Shown: positions 53,874 through 58,462 of the stretch, one piece after another | Numbering within the stretch: the first letter of the stretch is position 1 | Layout of the letters: each line of letters opens with the position of its first letter | Assembly (NCBI GenBank): GCA_043806935.1 | Contig: JAZDGP010000003.1 | Span: 1-58,462, forward strand | DNA: 58,462 bases | Direction of reading: 5' to 3' | From: a bacterium | GTDB taxonomy: Bacteria; Patescibacteriota; Patescibacteriia; JAZDGP01 | Program-made: the position numbers and the translations under genes | Notes under the pieces: model-generated | What the model saw: the letters and a program-made list of their open reading frames with translations, nothing else | The model's database searches: none | Told to the model about the DNA's origin: nothing

Positions 53874-54923
53874 TTATTCTTGTGGCGCTGGAGCCACTGG
53901 CTGATCCACCGGATTCTTTACTTCATTTTTACTTTGATCTGAAGTTCCATCCACTTGAAGAATAGGGACTACCGGCGTCGCTGATTCAGCTTTGCTAACC
54001 TGCTGTTCAGAAACAACCGCTAAATCCTGCACTTCAATTACCTTAGCGAGCGCGCCTGACAAATCATCTTTAGCAATCAGCCGTTCAGCCTCGTTTAATA
54101 CCGCGTCCGCCTGCTTAGAAACACTCTTAGCTGTTGATAACTGCCCGTTAACTTGATTGCTTAACGCCGCAATCCGCAACTTAATGGATTCTACTTGCTC
54201 CTTTTGGTTGGCAATCCGAGCCGTCAATTGATCCTTTAATGATTGCTTATCAGTGCCAGCGCTGGCAATAATTCCCAAGGCCTTGCTGGAACTATTTAAG
54301 CTTGCCTGAATAGTTTCCGATACTGCCACTGCAACTGCCGGCGCGGCTGTTGGACTCTTCCTTAACTGGGCAAGAACCGTTGAAGTAGCCAATGCCTGAC
54401 TGTTTAACTTTTCAGCCAACTTTAACAGATGGTTATTCGCGTCTCCAGCTGCTATTGCCACCTCCAAACTATTCTTAGCAGCCTCGACCTCAGATTTCAA
54501 ACTGCGTACAGCCACCTGCACTACAGAACTCGGCAATCGGCTAATCTTGTCATAAGCGGCTAAATCGCCAAGCTCGGCCAACCGCCGATCAGCAAACCGT
54601 AAATGAAGCTCCGCTTCCCTTTCCGTTGACCAAGCAAACGCCAACATGGTCCGTTCAATGCCGATCTTCAATCCATAGAGCGGGCTGCCGGGAAGGCTCT
54701 GGTTGCTAGCTGCGACTGTACCAATACCGCCAACTAAAAGAATTATTGCGACTATACTACTGACTGCCAAACGAAAACCACGGATAACCACAACCGCTGC
54801 TGGCCTTGGCTGATATGACACTACTTCAGCGAGCAACCGCTGCTTCAAACGCAAAGCAACCGTTGGATCCATCTGGATCCTCGGATCATTGAAATAGGTC
54901 TTTAATTCACTGGCGAATTGCAT
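53874..54923 (-). CDS. Single-pass anti-sigma-factor-like membrane protein (DUF5667-like ectodomain)
   Basis: It starts 4 nt after the sigma gene. It has a short cytoplasmic N-terminus, one TM (VSSIVAIILLVGGIGTVAA), LPGSPLYGLKIGIERT followed by a long helical ectodomain, and a low-complexity tail. There is no HxxxCxxC zinc motif. Confidence 0.6.
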   Translation of the reverse strand: MQFASELKTYFNDPRIQMDPTVALRLKQRLLAEVVSYQPRPAAVVVIRGFRLAVSSIVAIILLVGGIGTVAASNQSLPGSPLYGLKIGIERTMLAFAWSTEREAELHLRFADRRLAELGDLAAYDKISRLPSSVVQVAVRSLKSEVEAAKNSLEVAIAAGDANNHLLKLAEKLNSQALATSTVLAQLRKSPTAAPAVAVAVSETIQASLNSSSKALGIIASAGTDKQSLKDQLTARIANQKEQVESIKLRIAALSNQVNGQLSTAKSVSKQADAVLNEAERLIAKDDLSGALAKVIEVQDLAVVSEQQVSKAESATPVVPILQVDGTSDQSKNEVKNPVDQPVAPAPQE

Positions 54924-54927
54924 TTAT

Positions 54928-55578
54928 TTATAAATTAATCTGTTCTCTTAACGTTTGTACTGCCCGATGAAGCAATACCTTAACAGCGTTCTTTGACTTA
55001 TCCAGCACTTCCGCGATCTCACTAACTTTCAGATCATGTCCATACCGTAACAACAATGCTTCCCGATATTCATCCTTAAGCGTACGGAACGCTTGGTTGA
55101 TCTTCATCACCCTTTCCTTACGTTCCAAAGCGTCAACCAACAATGTCGGAGCGTCAACTATCAGCCGTTCATCAATCACTTCCAAATCAATCATTCCTTC
55201 TTCTCCTTCAATCGTTACATCCAGCGATACGGTTTGGACTGACAACTTACGGAAATGATCGGCAATCAGCCTCCTAGCCACCTGATAAATAAAAGCCATC
55301 AAGTGTTTGATCTCCGTACCTTTAACTACTGCTTCCCAAACCCGCAAGAACGTATCGTGCGTCAAATCCTCAGCCACCTGGATATTCCCAACCCTATAAT
55401 AGAGAAAACGATAAATCGGTTGGTGAAAACGATCCCATATTTCACTATATGTTCTGGTAAGTTGTTCACTATCTCCACTTTCTTGGGCTACCCGCAAACC
55501 GCGGTTAAGCTTGATTACCAGCCACTTATCCGCAATCGGACGAATGGCTTGGCCCAATATTTGTTTAGGTGCGTTCAT
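54928..55578 (-). CDS. ECF-type RNA polymerase sigma-70 family factor
   Basis: Region 2 (IYRFLYYRVGNIQVAEDLTHDTFLRVWE) and region 4 HTH (EYREALLLRYGHDLKVSEIAEVLDKSKNAVKVLLHRA), with no region 3. Confidence 0.85.
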   Translation of the reverse strand: MNAPKQILGQAIRPIADKWLVIKLNRGLRVAQESGDSEQLTRTYSEIWDRFHQPIYRFLYYRVGNIQVAEDLTHDTFLRVWEAVVKGTEIKHLMAFIYQVARRLIADHFRKLSVQTVSLDVTIEGEEGMIDLEVIDERLIVDAPTLLVDALERKERVMKINQAFRTLKDEYREALLLRYGHDLKVSEIAEVLDKSKNAVKVLLHRAVQTLREQINL

Positions 55579-55585
55579 GTAATAA

Positions 55586-55611
55586 GACGGGAATAAGACA
55601 AAAAGGTTACA
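55586..55611 (-). promoter_or_regulatory. ECF-type promoter candidate (TGTAAC-N16-CGTC) for the sigma gene
   Basis: Minus strand reads TGTAAC (55611-55606), a 16-nt spacer, then CGTC (55589-55586), leaving 7 nt before the ATG at 55578. Confidence 0.4.
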
Positions 55612-55653
55612 TTTTTAAAAAAGACCCTTACAGGCACTAAGCCCCTATCTTAC

Positions 55654-55682
55654 CTTATATTCTTAAAAAAATCCATAGGCAA
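55654..55682 (-). promoter_or_regulatory. Sigma-70-type promoter candidate upstream of the sigma gene
   Basis: Minus strand reads TTGCCT (55682-55677), a 17-nt spacer, then TATAAG (55659-55654). Confidence 0.35.
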
Positions 55683-55706
55683 AATTTGGCTAACTTAAGC
55701 CTTTAG

Positions 55707-55715
55707 TTATACACA
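55707..55715 (+). promoter_or_regulatory. DnaA-box variant TTATACACA (E. coli R2 type)
   Basis: One mismatch from the consensus, 17 bp upstream of the -35 of the HTH gene promoter. Confidence 0.2.
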
Positions 55716-55731
55716 ACCAATGGTCAAATGG

Positions 55732-55759
55732 TTGACAAACTACCCTAGTTGTCTATAAT
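55732..55759 (+). promoter_or_regulatory. Consensus sigma-70 promoter of the HTH gene
   Basis: TTGACA (55732-55737), a 16-nt spacer, then TATAAT (55754-55759). Confidence 0.6.
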
Positions 55760-55820
55760 GAAAGTGTACACTAGTGTAGAAGTTCATAATCGAAAGTGTA
55801 CACTAGTGTAGAAGTTCATA
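55760..55820 (+). promoter_or_regulatory. Two tandem 29-bp direct repeats, each with a 12-bp perfect palindrome (candidate operators)
   Basis: GAAAGTGTACACTAGTGTAGAAGTTCATA occurs identically at 55760-55788 and 55792-55820, a 32-bp period. Each copy contains TACACTAGTGTA. Both lie between the -10 element and the start codon at 55830. Confidence 0.6.
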
Positions 55821-55829
55821 TTAAAACCA

Positions 55830-56129
55830 ATGGATAAATCCCCTGTCAGACTCACAGTATCAGAAGCAGCTAAACTGTTTGGCGTAACTGGCAAAACAGT
55901 TCGTGATGCCATTAAAAATGGAGATATAAAATACCTTGTTGTCCAAGGCAGGTACAAAATCAGTTTTCCATCTCTGGTTGAATGGTCTCAAAAATCTATG
56001 CGCAGAAAGAATAAACTGGAAACAGAAGGAATTGGCCAATACATAGGACACTGGAAGATGACTAACAAAAAATATTCCCCAAATCCTGCCCTGCTCTCTG
56101 ACACCCAAGATAACAATACTGCTTCCTAA
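55830..56129 (+). CDS. Excisionase/MerR-superfamily helix-turn-helix DNA-binding protein (99 aa)
   Basis: LTVSEAAKLFGVTGKTVRDAIKNGDIKYLVVQGRYKISFPSLVEW matches the excisionase-family HTH pattern. Confidence 0.7.
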   Translation: MDKSPVRLTVSEAAKLFGVTGKTVRDAIKNGDIKYLVVQGRYKISFPSLVEWSQKSMRRKNKLETEGIGQYIGHWKMTNKKYSPNPALLSDTQDNNTAS

Positions 56130-56143
56130 GCAGTATTTTATTT
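56118..56143. terminator. Bidirectional terminator hairpin spanning the HTH gene stop
   Basis: Stem actgctt (56118-56124) / aagcagt (56128-56134) followed by attttattt. Confidence 0.5.
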
Positions 56144-56941
56144 AACCACTCCTTTTATCGCTTCTTCCAACACATTAGCTGGTATAACCGTAGTCTGTCC
56201 ATTACTCTCCCCATTCGTCAATCCCACCAACTGCCCATTGCTATCCACAACTAACTGTCCGTTATCAAAACCAAACTGCCGCAAGCTATACGGCATAATT
56301 TCCAACCGTCCATTCACTAACCGTCCAGTCGCTTCCACAACAGCCATGACCGGCTGGTCATACTGGCTGGCCAAAACAGCAGAACTGCCAAGCCTGTCCA
56401 CAACCAATAAATCCTCCCCAGCGACAATTGGTTCTGTCCTAAAACTAACCACTGCCATATCATCCAATGGCAGACGGATCATAGCCAACAACCCAGATCC
56501 AGACCTTACTTCTTCCACAGCCACTACCACCCTATTGTTAACCACAGCTACCACTTTCTTACCTTTATAACCATCAGCAACGACTGCCGCCACCCAACCA
56601 TCGCTAGTCACTACCACTCCAGTGCCAATAGATTCTGTTCGTAATAAATTATTAATAGTCGTTCCAACAGGCACCAAGGTTACAATGTTGCCAACTGTTC
56701 CTTGCCCAACCGCCTGCCTTCTCCCCACTGTCAGGCCAGTTCCAACTGTCCACTGCCCTCTTTGGTTATCTATGCTCATCTTTGGCAAAAACTCAGTCAA
56801 AGCCCACCAGCCAGCTACTGCTCCAGCTATCAAAGAAATAATGACGTTAAACACTATAAACGACCATGACAATGACAATGTATTGTCTTTGTCTTCAAAA
56901 AAAGCTTTGGGATCGCGATTATAAATAGTTGGTTGAGTCAT
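56138..56941 (-). CDS. Membrane-anchored trypsin/HtrA-like (S1C) domain protein apparently lacking the catalytic triad
   Basis: One TM, then GTGVVVTSDGWVAAVV (compare GSGfiisxdGyivTNxHV), GLLAMIRL (compare DlAllkv) and FDNGQLVVDSNGQLVGL (compare GNSGGPLvnxxGevvGi). His, Asp and Ser are all replaced in my by-eye alignment. Confidence 0.55.
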   Translation of the reverse strand: MTQPTIYNRDPKAFFEDKDNTLSLSWSFIVFNVIISLIAGAVAGWWALTEFLPKMSIDNQRGQWTVGTGLTVGRRQAVGQGTVGNIVTLVPVGTTINNLLRTESIGTGVVVTSDGWVAAVVADGYKGKKVVAVVNNRVVVAVEEVRSGSGLLAMIRLPLDDMAVVSFRTEPIVAGEDLLVVDRLGSSAVLASQYDQPVMAVVEATGRLVNGRLEIMPYSLRQFGFDNGQLVVDSNGQLVGLTNGESNGQTTVIPANVLEEAIKGVVK

Positions 56942-56950
56942 AAGCAGGCA

Positions 56951-57586
56951 TTATAACCACGGACTGGTAATCCACGCAACTGCCACTGCTCCCCCGCTTA
57001 TTACCACCATCCAACCAAGCCACCGTCTATTAACAGCTCCTACTGCCGGCCACAACAGCACTCCGCCAGCAGACAACGCCCAACCAGCAGTGATAGTAAT
57101 GGCAGCAGTGGTAAAACTCACTGGCAAAAAGTACACTGTTATTGCTAACACCAAAGCTATTACCACTACCGTTAACCACTCAATGCTCAAAAACCAAGAT
57201 CTACGTAGTTGTAAATCTCCAGCTGCCATTGGCTGTAATGCTTCCAGTCTAAACGCGTTAGCAGCCAAAGACCAAGTAACAACCAAAAGAGCTAATAGCC
57301 AAATAAGCGCCAGCACCCACCATGGCCATTGGGAATACAAATGAAAAGCTAAAATCGCTTGAATAGCCAAAAATAAAGCGGCTGCTTCCGCTCCAACCAA
57401 ACTGACAATCCCCTCCACCCGTTCCATATGCCGCGTTGCCAACCAATGAAACACAGCTCCAGCAACACCAACAACTACTACTACCAACCTAGCCCACCAG
57501 CCGTCTGCCACCATTACTGCCCCTACAATGGCTGCCAATAAGACAACCACGCTAAGCCAACGTAAAATTCTTGCTGGCCATTCCAT
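56951..57586 (-). CDS. Polytopic Trp/Ala/Val-rich membrane protein (211 aa)
   Basis: Six or more hydrophobic helices. The ATG is 1 nt after the gap TGA stop. Confidence 0.55.
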   Translation of the reverse strand: MEWPARILRWLSVVVLLAAIVGAVMVADGWWARLVVVVVGVAGAVFHWLATRHMERVEGIVSLVGAEAAALFLAIQAILAFHLYSQWPWWVLALIWLLALLVVTWSLAANAFRLEALQPMAAGDLQLRRSWFLSIEWLTVVVIALVLAITVYFLPVSFTTAAITITAGWALSAGGVLLWPAVGAVNRRWLGWMVVISGGAVAVAWITSPWL

Positions 57587-57587
57587 A

Positions 57588-58462
57588 TCAGCCAGTAATC
57601 ACCGCTGCTAACTCAACCAACCTGTTTGCATATCCCCATTCATTATCATACCAAGCTACAATTTTCACTAAATCGCCGTCCACTACTTGAGTAAGGGAAA
57701 GATCAACAACAGCGGAAGCTGGATTCCCTTTAAAATCACTGGATACAAGCGGCAGATCCGTTACTTCTAAAATTCCCTTATACCGTGGAGATTGAGATGC
57801 TTTCACAAACGTATCATCGACTTCTTGCTTTGTCACCTTTCGCTTAACTACAAACGTGATATCAGCTAAAGACACAATGGACACTGGCACCCGTATGGAC
57901 AAACCGTCAAACAAACCCTTAAGTTCAGGAATCACTTCCGTGGTCGCTAACGCGGCTCCAGTAGTCGTAGGCACCAGATTCTCCCCAGCCGCCCTAGCTC
58001 TACGCAAATCCTTATGCGGACCATCTACCAAAGCCTGGTCAGCTGTATAAGCGTGGATTGTGGTCATAACAGCCTTAGCCACCCCAAACGCATCCTGTAA
58101 GACAGCTGCTATTGGACTAATGCAGTTAGTAGTGCATGAAGCGTTAGAAACAACATTAGAACCAGTGGGATGGTCAGTATTCACTCCCTTCACCACCGTA
58201 GGAACTCCATCTTCCGCTGGAGCGGAGATTATCACCTGCTTCGCGCCAGCCGTAATATGCCTTTCCGCTTGTTCCAGTGTTCTAAACTTCCCAGTGCACT
58301 CTAAAACTACGTCCACGCCTAATTTCTTCCATGGCAAAAAGTTAGGTTCTTTTTCAGAAAACACTGGCAAATCTTTTCCATCAACAGTCAAAATAGTGTC
58401 TTTAGCCGATATCTCTCCAGCATAAGTGCCATAAATACTATCGTACTTAAGCAAATGAGCGA
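57588..58462 (-). CDS. gap: Glyceraldehyde-3-phosphate dehydrogenase (5' end outside the window)
   Basis: SNASCTTNC active site and WYDNEWGY C-terminal block. The frame stays open to the window edge (AHLLKYDS), so the track Met at 58454 is an internal TTG. Confidence 0.95.
   Translation of the reverse strand, partial: AHLLKYDSIYGTYAGEISAKDTILTVDGKDLPVFSEKEPNFLPWKKLGVDVVLECTGKFRTLEQAERHITAGAKQVIISAPAEDGVPTVVKGVNTDHPTGSNVVSNASCTTNCISPIAAVLQDAFGVAKAVMTTIHAYTADQALVDGPHKDLRRARAAGENLVPTTTGAALATTEVIPELKGLFDGLSIRVPVSIVSLADITFVVKRKVTKQEVDDTFVKASQSPRYKGILEVTDLPLVSSDFKGNPASAVVDLSLTQVVDGDLVKIVAWYDNEWGYANRLVELAAVITG

Noticed and set aside
41480-53965. Many plus-strand ORFs of 60-190 aa inside the two giant minus-strand genes and the leader, for example 42095-42622, 47798-48337, 48350-48754 and 53396-53965.
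   Set aside because: They are antisense shadows of long, compositionally biased CDSs. Their products are low-complexity Pro/Val/Thr/Ala strings with no start context, and they fully overlap strongly supported genes.
55760-55820. Possible mini CRISPR array, based on identical 29-bp repeats.
   Set aside because: There are only two copies separated by 3 bp (no spacer) and no cas genes. They sit between a promoter and a start codon, so they fit operators better.
1-58462. Alternative genetic code (UGA = Gly, code 25) as used by some candidate-phyla lineages.
   Set aside because: TGA terminates argS, the 2-hydroxyacid dehydrogenase and gap at the expected lengths, and no conserved protein needs TGA read-through.

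Overview
58.5-kb chromosomal window, almost fully coding. Most genes are on the minus strand, and many are joined by 1-40 nt overlaps (TAATG, ATGA, TAATATG junctions). All calls were made by eye from the sequence and ORF track; no searches were run. TGA ends conserved proteins at normal lengths, so the standard bacterial code applies. The content suggests a small-genome monoderm, possibly a Patescibacteria/CPR-like bacterium (inference only): scattered glycolysis genes, translation genes, giant Ala/Thr/Ser/Gly-rich surface proteins and no outer-membrane genes. Housekeeping genes are mltG, gpmI, eno, pgk, rplA, rplK, nusG, secE, argS, smpB, a 381-nt tmRNA, infC (AUU start), rpmI, rplT, lgt, two dsbA-like genes, a 2-hydroxyacid dehydrogenase, class II fba, partial gap, tRNA-Asp(GUC) and tRNA-Glu(CUC). 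There are four accessory blocks. (1) A tightly coupled CotH-like kinase/beta-helix + VTC polyphosphate-tunnel + DUF4956 membrane trio (13.9-19.1 kb). (2) A roughly 15-kb envelope glycan locus (19.1-34.3 kb) with GT4, GT9, GT2 and two GT-C/YfhO-like enzymes, three methyltransferases, a flippase and a co-transcribed Gly-Tyr-repeat secreted protein. (3) An ECF sigma/anti-sigma pair followed by a 1272-aa S-layer-like protein and a 2836-aa multidomain adhesin (41-55.6 kb). The S-layer-like gene has a 368-nt structured leader and codon usage unlike its paralog at 5.1-6.2 kb. (4) A small HTH gene behind a consensus promoter and two tandem 29-bp palindrome-bearing repeats. Further observations are five perfect DnaA-box 9-mers (three of them intergenic), a membrane-protein gene inserted between rplK and rplA, two unlisted mini-ORFs and a catalytically dead-looking S1C protease homolog in the gap operon. 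No CRISPR array, transposase, integrase or reverse transcriptase was seen.
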